DNA from: Alphaproteobacteria bacterium
GTDB lineage: Bacteria > Pseudomonadota > Alphaproteobacteria > GCA-2746255
DNA: 64,000 nucleotides
Reading direction: 5' to 3'
Assembly: GCA_965249135.1 (NCBI GenBank)
Contig: OZ252220.1
Location: 1,344,001 to 1,408,000 of the forward strand
Below are positions 1 to 8,097 of the stretch, in pieces. Both the position numbers and the translations under genes were made by a program. Under the pieces are notes generated by a model. The model saw nothing but the letters and a program-made list of their open reading frames with translations, did not search any database and was not told where the DNA came from. Each line of letters opens with the position of its first letter. The first letter of the stretch is position 1.

Positions 1-220
1 CCACCTCGCGCGCCGCCAGCACGCAGGAATGAATGCGCGAATAGAACCGCTCGTATTTGACCGGGTCCGAATCGCGAAGCGTAAGCTCGGTGACACCGTA
101 ATAATGGCCGGTCTCTTCCGTAAGCCGGTCCCGCTGCTCCAGCATCTCGCGCAGCGTAAGGCCGCCTTCTCCGGAAGCGGCTGCCTCTTCGCGCCGAATG
201 GGCTTCGTGACTACGTTCAT
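1..220 (-). CDS. 5' part (runs off window) of hydantoinase B/oxoprolinase-family protein resembling acetone carboxylase alpha subunit (AcxB-like)
   Basis: Not in ORF track. Hand translation from ATG at 220: MNVVTKPIRREEAAASGEGGLTLREMLEQRDRLTEETGHYYGVTELTLRDSDPVKYERFYSRIHSCVLAAREV, open to the window edge, with purine-rich RBS (AAGGGGG) upstream. Resembles the acetone carboxylase alpha N-terminus as I recall it (TLKEHRDRL...TGRYAGLKTLELREREPILYNKLFSRLRAGVVDARE). Confidence 0.75.
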   Translation of the reverse strand, partial: MNVVTKPIRREEAAASGEGGLTLREMLEQRDRLTEETGHYYGVTELTLRDSDPVKYERFYSRIHSCVLAAREV

Positions 221-372
221 GGATGCCCCCTTCGCTCCCCCGAGCGGCCGGGCGCCGCCCGAAAACCAAGGCGCTCATGCTCCCACAAATGGGGGAAGGC
301 GGCAAGGCATCCTGCGCGAGGGGCGCACGCTTTAAGCTTGCGATACTTAAGGAAATTTACCACTTTGGCCCG

Positions 373-1548
373 ATGGCGAGCGCGGCAAGCCCGTTGTTTT
401 CCCCCTTCGAGCTCAGAGGCATCCGGCTTTTGAACCGCCTCGTTCTCTCGCCGATGGTCGTCTACTACGCCAAGGACGGCTTCTCGAACGACCTGCTTTT
501 CTCCCATCTTTCGAAATTCGTGATCGGCGGCTTCGGCCTGGTGTTCACGGAAGCCGCCGCCGTCGAGGAGCGCGGCCGCATCAGCCATGGCGATCTCGGC
601 ATCTGGAAGGACGAACACATCGCGCCTTTGCGCCGTTTTACGGATTTCGCCCGCGCCCATGGGGCGCTTTCCGGATTGCAGCTTGCCCATGCCGGCCACA
701 AGGGGAGCTACCAGCGCGCCTATGAGGGCTATCGGCCGTTGGGAGAGAAGGACGCCCAACGCGGCGATCCTCCTTTCGAAACGATCGCGCCTTCACCGAT
801 GGCTTACGGAGCAGGCGTGCCGGCCCCGCGCGCCATGACGCTTGCCGACATCGCAGACGTGCAGGAAGCCTGGCGCAAGGCGGCGCTCCGCGGCGTTGCG
901 GCCGGCTTCGACGTGCTCGAGATTCACGGAGCGCATGGTTATTTGATCCATGAATTTCTTTCGCCGCTTACCAACGAACGAAGCGACGGTTACGGCGGCG
1001 ACCTTAAGGGACGCATGCGGTTTGGGCTGGAAATCGCGGAGAGCCTTCGCGAGGTGTGGCCCGACGACAAGCCGGTTTCCTTTCGGTTCTCCGTCATCGA
1101 CGGCGTCGACAAGGGGTGGGGAATCCAGGATTCGATTGCGTTCGTAAACGAATTAAAGAAGATCGGCATCGATCTGGTGGACTGCACGTCGGGCGGCACC
1201 GCGAAGCTTACGCGCGAAGACGCGCTTCCCCGCGAGCCCGGCTTTCACGTGCCATTGGCCGAAATCTTGCGCAAGGAAACCGGCATGGCGACGATCGTCG
1301 TCGGGCTGATCACGGAACCGGCCCAGGCAGACGCCATCCTGCGCGATGGGCGGGCCGACCTGATCGCCATTGGACGGGCGGCGCTGGACGATCCGAACTG
1401 GCCCTTGCATGCCTCCCTCGAGCTTGGTTCAAAGCTCGACTATTCGGCCTGGCCGCCGGAATATGGCTGGTGGCTGGAACGCCGCGCGAAGACGGCCGCG
1501 AAGATGGCCGCGAAGATGGAAGTCGAGCCGAAGACGAACAAGAAGTGA
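373..1548 (+). CDS. NADH:flavin oxidoreductase, old yellow enzyme of the YqjM/XenA type
   Basis: PLFSPFELRGIRLLNRLVLSPM, QLAHAG, catalytic EIHGAHGYLIHEFLSP, NERSDGYGG; ATG at 373 preferred over ORF start 223. Confidence 0.9.
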   Translation: MASAASPLFSPFELRGIRLLNRLVLSPMVVYYAKDGFSNDLLFSHLSKFVIGGFGLVFTEAAAVEERGRISHGDLGIWKDEHIAPLRRFTDFARAHGALSGLQLAHAGHKGSYQRAYEGYRPLGEKDAQRGDPPFETIAPSPMAYGAGVPAPRAMTLADIADVQEAWRKAALRGVAAGFDVLEIHGAHGYLIHEFLSPLTNERSDGYGGDLKGRMRFGLEIAESLREVWPDDKPVSFRFSVIDGVDKGWGIQDSIAFVNELKKIGIDLVDCTSGGTAKLTREDALPREPGFHVPLAEILRKETGMATIVVGLITEPAQADAILRDGRADLIAIGRAALDDPNWPLHASLELGSKLDYSAWPPEYGWWLERRAKTAAKMAAKMEVEPKTNKK

Positions 1549-1556
1549 CTAAAGTT

Positions 1557-3515
1557 TTATGCCTTCGCCTTCGCGCGCAATTCCTCAAGCGCGGCCGGGT
1601 TCACGAGCGAGCTTAAGTCGCCCGGCTCAACGCCTAGATAGGTGGCGCGCACGACGCGGCGCATGATCTTCATCGAGCGCGTCTTCGGAAGGTCGGAAAC
1701 GAAGACGACGTCCTTGGGGCGGAACGCCTTGCCGTGGCCGGTGACGACCGCCTCGATCAAGGTGGTCTTTAAGTCCTCGTCCGCCGTTATGCCTTCGCCC
1801 GGCACGCAGACGCAGACGACGGCCGATCCTTTGATTTCGTCCGGCACGCCGATGGCGGCGGCCTCGCGAATGAGGCCGGTTTCCAGCACGATGCCCTCGA
1901 TCTCGGCCGGGCCCGTCCGCTTGCCGGCGACTTTAAGGGTATCGTCCGAGCGGCCAAGGACGTACCACATGCCGTCTTCGTCGATCGCCGACCAGTCGCC
2001 ATGCCGCCACAGACCTGGAAAGGTGCGCCAGTAGGTGTCGAGGTAGCGTTCCGGATCCTTCCACAGCCCCCGGGTGAGACCGATCGAGGGAAGGTTCATC
2101 ACCAGCTCGCCGACCTGGCCGGATGCGATCGGCTTTCCCTCCTCATCGACGACGCTGGCCCCCATCGCCGGCAGGGGGGCGTTGAAGGAGCGGGGCTTCA
2201 AGGGGCGGGTGACGATGCTGCCGATGATCCCACCACCGATTTCGGTGCCGCCGGAATAATTCAGGATCGGTACCTTCTGCTTGCAGACATGGGCGAAGAA
2301 CCAGTGCCATGCATCCGGCGTCCACGGCTCGCCGGTGGTGACCGTGATGCGAAGCCGGGAGAGATCGTAGTGTTCGACGACGTCCGTCCCTTGCGCCATG
2401 AAGATGCGGACGATGGTCGGCGCGATCCCCAAATAGCTGACCCGATAGTCCTGCATCAGGCGCCAGATGCGCCCCTGGTCCGGATAGTCGGGCGTGCCTT
2501 CGGCCAGGATGAGCGTGGCACCCATCGCACCGGCGAGCAGGATCTGGAAGGGACCGACGATCCAGCCCATGTCCGTCATCCAAAGCAGGCGATCGCTTTC
2601 CTTGAAGTCCTGACAGAGCACGAGGTCGATGATGATCTTCGTATAAAGGCCGCAATGGGTATGGACGGTTCCCTTCGGCTTGCCGGTCGTGCCGGAGGTA
2701 TGGACGACCATGAGGGTGGCTTCCGCATCCACGGGTTCCGTCGGCGCCTCCATCGGCGCATCGGCCAGAAGTTCGTGCCACCAATGGTCGCGTGTCTTGT
2801 CCCATGGCACCGGATCGTCGAGATGTTTGAAGACGACGACGTCGGTGACGCTTGGGATGTCGGCAAGGGCCGCATCGAGGGTCGCCTTCATCGGCACGCG
2901 TTTGCCGCGACGAAGGGCGCCATCCACCGCGATCACCGCCTTCGCCTCGCAATCATTGAGACGCACGGCGATCGCCTGCTTGCCGAAGCCGGAGAAGAGC
3001 GGCACGACGATGCCGCCTATCTTGGCGATGGCAAGGAAGGCGGCCGCGACCTCGAGGCCGAGCGGCATGAAAAGGCCGATCGCATCCCCCGGTCCAAGCC
3101 CCAATCGGCGAAGTGCGGTGGCAAGGCGCGAGACTTCCGCGTCGTATTCCGCATAGGTCCATTTGCGCTTGCGCCCATCCTCGCCTTCCCAGACGAGCGC
3201 ATCCTTGTTCCAGATTGCCGTATCGCGGTGCTTGTCGAGCGCGTTCAGCACGACGTTCGTCGTGCCGCCGACGCACCAACGCGCGTGCTCGATGCCTCCT
3301 GAGGTGTCGAGAATCTGCGTATAGGGTTGAAAGAAGCGAATGCCGTAATGGCGGATGACGGCGTCGTTGAACCATTCCGGGTCTTCGTTCGAGCGCGCAA
3401 GCAGCGCCGCAAAGTCGGGCAGGTTTTCCGCCCGCAGAAAGGCGGTGAGGTTGCTTTTCTCCTGGATCTCCGGCGATGGCCGCCAGGCGATCGGTTCCGT
3501 TGCAAAATCTTCCAC
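1557..3515 (-). CDS. AMP-forming acyl-CoA synthetase (acetyl-CoA synthetase-like; substrate uncertain)
   Basis: AMP-binding HTSGTTGKPKG, GEP, YSGGTE, GRSDD, C-terminal LPKTRSMKIMRR. Confidence 0.9.
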   Translation of the reverse strand: MEDFATEPIAWRPSPEIQEKSNLTAFLRAENLPDFAALLARSNEDPEWFNDAVIRHYGIRFFQPYTQILDTSGGIEHARWCVGGTTNVVLNALDKHRDTAIWNKDALVWEGEDGRKRKWTYAEYDAEVSRLATALRRLGLGPGDAIGLFMPLGLEVAAAFLAIAKIGGIVVPLFSGFGKQAIAVRLNDCEAKAVIAVDGALRRGKRVPMKATLDAALADIPSVTDVVVFKHLDDPVPWDKTRDHWWHELLADAPMEAPTEPVDAEATLMVVHTSGTTGKPKGTVHTHCGLYTKIIIDLVLCQDFKESDRLLWMTDMGWIVGPFQILLAGAMGATLILAEGTPDYPDQGRIWRLMQDYRVSYLGIAPTIVRIFMAQGTDVVEHYDLSRLRITVTTGEPWTPDAWHWFFAHVCKQKVPILNYSGGTEIGGGIIGSIVTRPLKPRSFNAPLPAMGASVVDEEGKPIASGQVGELVMNLPSIGLTRGLWKDPERYLDTYWRTFPGLWRHGDWSAIDEDGMWYVLGRSDDTLKVAGKRTGPAEIEGIVLETGLIREAAAIGVPDEIKGSAVVCVCVPGEGITADEDLKTTLIEAVVTGHGKAFRPKDVVFVSDLPKTRSMKIMRRVVRATYLGVEPGDLSSLVNPAALEELRAKAKA

Positions 3516-3547
3516 GCGTGGCGTCCTTCTTTACTTGCCCGATCCGC

Positions 3548-4651
3548 TCACGCCGCCCCGGATGTCTCCAGCGCCGGATAGTCCGTGTAGCCCTTCGCAT
3601 CCCCCCCATAGAAGGTGGCAGGGTCCGCTTCGGCGAGGGCCGCCCCCAGCTCAAGCCGATGGACAAGATCGGGGTTGGCGAGAAAGGGGCGTGCGAAGGC
3701 GACCAGATCGGCGCGGCTTTCCGCGATGGCGGCCTCGGCGCGCGCGCCGTCATAGCCGCCATTCGCCAGATAGGGCCCATTGAAGGCCTCGCGCATGGCC
3801 GGCCAGTCGAAGGCGGCGGCTTCGCCGACCAGGTTCACCTCGACGACGTGGAGATAGGCGAGCTTCTGCCTGCCAAGCATGGAGGCGATGGCCGGGAAGG
3901 TCGTCTCGGGCGCGCTGTCCTTTATATCGTTGAAGGCATTGACCGGCGAAAGCCGCACACCGATGCGGTCCGCACCCCACACATCTGCGACGGCTTCGAC
4001 CACGTCGTGCAGAAGCCGCGCGCGGTTTATCAGCGAACCACCGTAACGGTCTTCCCGGTGGTTCGTGCCGTCGCGCAGGAACTGGTCGAGCAGGTAGCCA
4101 TTCGCCGCGTGGATTTCGACGCCGTCGAAGCCCGCCTGCTTGGCGTTTTCGGCGGCCTTTCGGAATTGCGCGAGGATGCCGGGGATCTCGTCGGTGTTAA
4201 GCGCCCTGGGCGTCACGAAAGGTTGCGGGCCGTCATAGGTGATCGCCTCTCCTTGCGCGCGGATGGCGGAAGGGGCTACGGGAAGCTCGCCGTCCGGCTG
4301 AAGCGAAGGGTGCGAGATGCGCCCGACATGCCAAAGCTGCAGGAAGATGCGCCCGCCTTCCTCATGCACGGCGTCCGTCACGCCCCGCCAGCCCGCCACC
4401 TGTTCCGCCGAATGGATGCCAGGCGTCGCCGGATAGCCGAACCCTTGCGTCGAGATTTGCGTTGCCTCCGTGATGATCAGCGCCGCATTTGCGCGCTGCC
4501 GGTAATAGGTGACGTTTAAGTCTTGGGGCACGTTGCCGGGCCCGGCGCGGTTCCGCGTCATCGGCGCCATGACGATGCGATGGGGAAGTTTGAGCGGTCC
4601 CAATTGCAGCGGCGTGAAAAGATGGGGAAAGGGCTGCTTCGTCATCGTCAT
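3548..4651 (-). CDS. Alkene reductase, classical old yellow enzyme (NemA-like)
   Basis: RIVMAPMTRNRA, QLWHVGRISH, EIHAANGYLLDQF, TFYGG..GYTDYP. Confidence 0.92.
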   Translation of the reverse strand: MTMTKQPFPHLFTPLQLGPLKLPHRIVMAPMTRNRAGPGNVPQDLNVTYYRQRANAALIITEATQISTQGFGYPATPGIHSAEQVAGWRGVTDAVHEEGGRIFLQLWHVGRISHPSLQPDGELPVAPSAIRAQGEAITYDGPQPFVTPRALNTDEIPGILAQFRKAAENAKQAGFDGVEIHAANGYLLDQFLRDGTNHREDRYGGSLINRARLLHDVVEAVADVWGADRIGVRLSPVNAFNDIKDSAPETTFPAIASMLGRQKLAYLHVVEVNLVGEAAAFDWPAMREAFNGPYLANGGYDGARAEAAIAESRADLVAFARPFLANPDLVHRLELGAALAEADPATFYGGDAKGYTDYPALETSGAA

Positions 4652-5400
4652 GCCGCCGTGTAGCCGCCGTCGACGACGAACTCGGCGCCATCGACGTAGG
4701 AGGATTCGTCGGAAGCAAGGAAAAGAACCACGTTTGCCACTTCCTCCGGCTTACCGGCGCGGCCTAAGATGGTCGGGCCAAGGATATGCTTTTCCAGTTC
4801 CGGATCGTCGCTGATGGCGGCCGTCATCGGCGTCTCAATAAGGCCCGGGTGCACGGAATTCGAACGGATGTTGTGGGCTGCGTATTCCACGGCGACGGAT
4901 TTCGTAATCAACCGCACGCCGCCTTTCGAGGCCTGGTAGGCGGCCGCGTTGGCGACCCCGATCATGCCGTACATCGAGGAGATGTTGATGATGGAGCCGG
5001 CTCCTGCCTTCTTCATGGCAGGCAGGATGGCCTTGCAGCCAAGAAAGACGCCCCGCAGATTGACCGCAAGGGTGCGATCGAATTCGTCGGCGGAGGTTTC
5101 CTGGATCGGTTTGTAGATGAGGATGCCGGCATTGTTGACCAGCACGTCGACCTTGCCGTACTCGCCGATCGCCTTGTCGACGACGGCTTGCCATTCGCCT
5201 TCGCTGGTCACGTCCAAGGGTAGGAAGATGGCCTCGCCGCCTTCTTGCTTGATGGCCTCGACGACGGCCTTGCCTTCCTTGTCGGCGATGTCGGTGACGA
5301 CGACCTTCGCCCCTTCGCTCGCCAGGACCTGCGCATCGGCCTTGCCCATGCCCATGGCGCCGCCCGTAACCAGCGCGACCTTGCCTTCTACGCGCCCCAT
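4648..5400 (-). CDS. Short-chain dehydrogenase, cyclopentanol/cyclohexanol dehydrogenase-like (CpnA/ChnA-like)
   Basis: TGGAMGMG NAD-binding, NNAG, YQASK catalytic; MGRV..KV.LVTGGAMGMG start, GPT.LGRA and VVDGGYTA end match Comamonas CpnA as recalled. Confidence 0.8.
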   Translation of the reverse strand: MGRVEGKVALVTGGAMGMGKADAQVLASEGAKVVVTDIADKEGKAVVEAIKQEGGEAIFLPLDVTSEGEWQAVVDKAIGEYGKVDVLVNNAGILIYKPIQETSADEFDRTLAVNLRGVFLGCKAILPAMKKAGAGSIINISSMYGMIGVANAAAYQASKGGVRLITKSVAVEYAAHNIRSNSVHPGLIETPMTAAISDDPELEKHILGPTILGRAGKPEEVANVVLFLASDESSYVDGAEFVVDGGYTAA

Positions 5401-5450
5401 GTCTTCCCCCCTTATCCGTTCTTTTTTAGCGTTGGCCCTGTCTTAAAACT

Positions 5451-6386
5451 TCAAGCGCTCCGCCGGACGATGTTCGGCATGCTGACGACGTCCTGGCATT
5501 CGCCATAGCCGATCCGGCCGTCCATGTTCCATTCCATCAGCGTGGCGAAATCGCAGGTGTTCGGCCAACACATCCACGGGAATCCCGTCATCGCACTGCC
5601 CGTGAAGTGGTAGGTCCGATCTTGGACGTCGGTCACCTCGACGTTCATGCCGACCTGCATGAGGCCATCCCGCGTCGAGTGGCCCTTGCCGCTCTTTAGC
5701 CCGTAGACCTTTCCGTTCTCCAGCACGTAGCCATGGGCAAACGGGCTCAACACCTCGGCATTTAAGGGATCGAAGCCGAAGATGCAGTGGATGGTCATCT
5801 CGCGGCCGAAGCTCACATGGAACCAGCTGGCGGAAGGGTAGTCGGCTTCCGGCCGCGGTCCCCAACTGTGATCCATCGTCGAGACGGAATCGATCTTGTA
5901 GCTTTTGCCTTTTACCTTGAGCGTGCCCTTGAAATGGCCCGTCTGGTCGAAGTGGCCCTTGATCGGCTTTTCCTTCGGCGCGTTGGGGTCCATCTCCGGG
6001 TCCGTGATGTCATAGGGCGGCATGAGCCCTTCGAACTCGACGTGAAACTCGGTGTCGTTCTTTCCCTTATAGGTCAACAGATAGTCCATCGGCGGGTTCA
6101 CGGCCTTTACGGAAAGGCCGTTGCCGAGCGCGTAGTCCCCAACCTTCTCCGGCAAGGGCAGGTGGGCGTGCTCGTCGTAGTAGAGCGCCTCGATGCGGTG
6201 CTTCGGGAAGCCCTGGACGACCTGGACGCTGGAAAGCACGACGCCAAGGGTGGGACGCGAGAGAAAATAGATGCCGACGTTGATCTTCTCTTCCGGGATA
6301 TTGAAGCCGAAGAAGTTCGTCTCCGCCCAAAGCGGATCGCCATCCGCCGGGATGTGAAATTCCATGATGTCGTTTACCGAGATCAT
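5451..6386 (-). CDS. Hypothetical beta-rich protein with W.E..F and DHSWGPR motifs (possible AttH/CrtC/tocopherol cyclase-like fold)
   Basis: 311 aa, good RBS (AGGGGAGG), co-oriented between badI and the SDR; DHSWG motif. Confidence 0.75.
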   Translation of the reverse strand: MISVNDIMEFHIPADGDPLWAETNFFGFNIPEEKINVGIYFLSRPTLGVVLSSVQVVQGFPKHRIEALYYDEHAHLPLPEKVGDYALGNGLSVKAVNPPMDYLLTYKGKNDTEFHVEFEGLMPPYDITDPEMDPNAPKEKPIKGHFDQTGHFKGTLKVKGKSYKIDSVSTMDHSWGPRPEADYPSASWFHVSFGREMTIHCIFGFDPLNAEVLSPFAHGYVLENGKVYGLKSGKGHSTRDGLMQVGMNVEVTDVQDRTYHFTGSAMTGFPWMCWPNTCDFATLMEWNMDGRIGYGECQDVVSMPNIVRRSA

Positions 6387-6425
6387 GTTTGCCTCCCCTG
6401 TTTCGCTTCGTTTTCAGTCTCGAAG

Positions 6426-7208
6426 CTATTTCATGAATTTACGGAAATCCGCCTTCCGTTTTTCCAGGAAGGCCTTCACGCCTTCCTGAGATTCTTCGGT
6501 CCCATAGTAAAGGGCGAGGGCCTGCATGCCCAGATTGGCGATGCCGGCGATGTTATCCGTGTCCGCATTGAAGGAACGCTTCGCAATGGCGATCGCGGTT
6601 GGGGACTTGTCCATGATTTCCGCGCACCATTGATCCACTTCTTCGTCCAGCTTGTCGTGGGGCACGACGACATTCACAAGCCCCATCTCAAGGGCCTCCT
6701 TAGCCGTGTAACGCCGGCACAGGTACCAGATCTCGCGCGCCTTCTTCTCGCCGACGAGGCGGGCAAGGTAGGCGGTGCCGTAGCCGGGATCGACGGAACC
6801 CATCTTCGGGCCGACCTGGCCGAACTGGGCCTTCTCGGATGCAATGGTGAGATCGCAGAGCGTGGCGAGCACGTTGCCGCCGCCGATCGCATAGCCCTGA
6901 ACGCGGGCGATGACCGGTTTCGGTGCGATGCGGATGGCGTTTTGAAATTCCTCGATCGGCATGCCGATCGTGCCCTTGCCTTCGTAAGCACCTTCATGGC
7001 CAGACTGATCGCCGCCCGCGCAGAAGGCCTTGTCGCCGGCGCCCGTCAACACGATGACGCCGATCGACTTGTCCCAGCTTGCGCTCGCAAAGGCGTCGAT
7101 CAGTTCATCGACGGTGACGGCGCGAAAGGCGTTCATGCGGTCGGGGCGGTTGATGGTGATCCGCGCCACGCCCGCGTTTACCTCGTAAAGAATGTCCTCA
7201 TAGGCCAT
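6426..7208 (-). CDS. badI: 2-ketocyclohexanecarboxyl-CoA hydrolase (BadI; MenB-like crotonase)
   Basis: AFCAGGDQSGHEGAYEGKGTIGMP, GYAIGGGNVLATLCDLT, GQVGPKMGSVDPGYGTA.LAR.VGEKKAREIWY closely match R. palustris BadI as recalled. Confidence 0.88.
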   Translation of the reverse strand: MAYEDILYEVNAGVARITINRPDRMNAFRAVTVDELIDAFASASWDKSIGVIVLTGAGDKAFCAGGDQSGHEGAYEGKGTIGMPIEEFQNAIRIAPKPVIARVQGYAIGGGNVLATLCDLTIASEKAQFGQVGPKMGSVDPGYGTAYLARLVGEKKAREIWYLCRRYTAKEALEMGLVNVVVPHDKLDEEVDQWCAEIMDKSPTAIAIAKRSFNADTDNIAGIANLGMQALALYYGTEESQEGVKAFLEKRKADFRKFMK

Positions 7209-7350
7209 GATCGCGTCCTTTCTTCCCTCTTGCCATTCTAGCGGGCAATGGGGCCTCGGAAACCCTCTTCCGGCCCCCGATGGCCGCCGAAAGGACCCCT
7301 TAAAAATCCAAGTTTTCTGCCGTTTTTCCGCCTTTCGCCGGAGGATGGGC

Positions 7351-7391
7351 TTGACAGGCCGCGTCCCTGGGGCCTAGCTAATGCTAGTTAG
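7351..7391 (+). promoter_or_regulatory. Putative sigma70 promoter (TTGACA -35; TAGCTA -10) overlapped by imperfect inverted repeat CTAGCTAATGCTAGTTAG, candidate TetR operator
   Basis: TTGACA at 7351-7356, TAGCTA at 7375-7380, dyad CTAnCTA-N4-TAGnTAG at 7374-7391 just before the TetR start. Confidence 0.5.
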
Positions 7392-7403
7392 AAAACAGGC
7401 GGC

Positions 7404-8042
7404 GTGCAAATGAATTCACTCAAGGAAAAGAAGGTGGCGACGGCGCGCAAATCCGTCGTCTCGCGGCGCGAGATCCTCGACGCCGCGGCGGCGCTTCTGC
7501 GCACGAAGGGCTACTACGCGACGACCCTTCGCGACATCGCGTCTGCCGTCGGCATGAAGGCGGGCAGCGTCTACTACCACTTCGATTCGAAGGAACAGAT
7601 TCTCGAAGAAGTGCTGGACATCGGCATTCAGTCCGTCTTCGACGCGGTGCGCGCGGGCGTCGATGCGCTGCCGAAGACGGCGCCCTGGCGTGAGCGCTTT
7701 CGGGTCGCGTTGCACGCACACCTTGCTTCGCTCTTTCAGTTGGGAGACTACACGTCTGCGAACATTCGCGTCTTCGGTCAGGCGCCGCGCCACATCCACG
7801 AACGCCACATGCGCATTCGCCGGGCTTACGAAGATTATTGGAAGGACATGTACCGCGAAGCCCAGGCGGCGGGGGAAATTCGCGGTGAGGTGAATCTGAC
7901 GGCGCTTCGCCTGCTGGTCTTCGGCGCCATGAACTGGGCGGTCGAATGGTACCGGCCGGGCAAGGAAACCATCGCGACCTTGGCCCAGGAATATACGCGC
8001 ATCCTTTGCGACGGCATTACGCCCAAGAAGACTTCCAAATAG
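7404..8042 (+). CDS. TetR/AcrR family transcriptional regulator (KstR2/AtuR-like)
   Basis: HTH: ILDAAAALLRTKGYYATTLRDIASAVGMKAGSVYYHFDSKEQIL; C-terminal NWAVEWYRP. Confidence 0.93.
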   Translation: MQMNSLKEKKVATARKSVVSRREILDAAAALLRTKGYYATTLRDIASAVGMKAGSVYYHFDSKEQILEEVLDIGIQSVFDAVRAGVDALPKTAPWRERFRVALHAHLASLFQLGDYTSANIRVFGQAPRHIHERHMRIRRAYEDYWKDMYREAQAAGEIRGEVNLTALRLLVFGAMNWAVEWYRPGKETIATLAQEYTRILCDGITPKKTSK

Positions 8043-8097
8043 AAGTCGCAATCCCGAACGTCATCCCGAACGTCTGGGGCAGCAACCGGAAACAACC

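Noticed and set aside
1486-1520. Repeated GCGAAGA(C/T)GGCC at the OYE 3' end
   Set aside because: Encodes a low-complexity tail (AKTAAKMAAKM); no further signal.
6426-7208. Calling this gene menB (naphthoate synthase)
   Set aside because: Sequence matches BadI-specific segments and no men genes are nearby.
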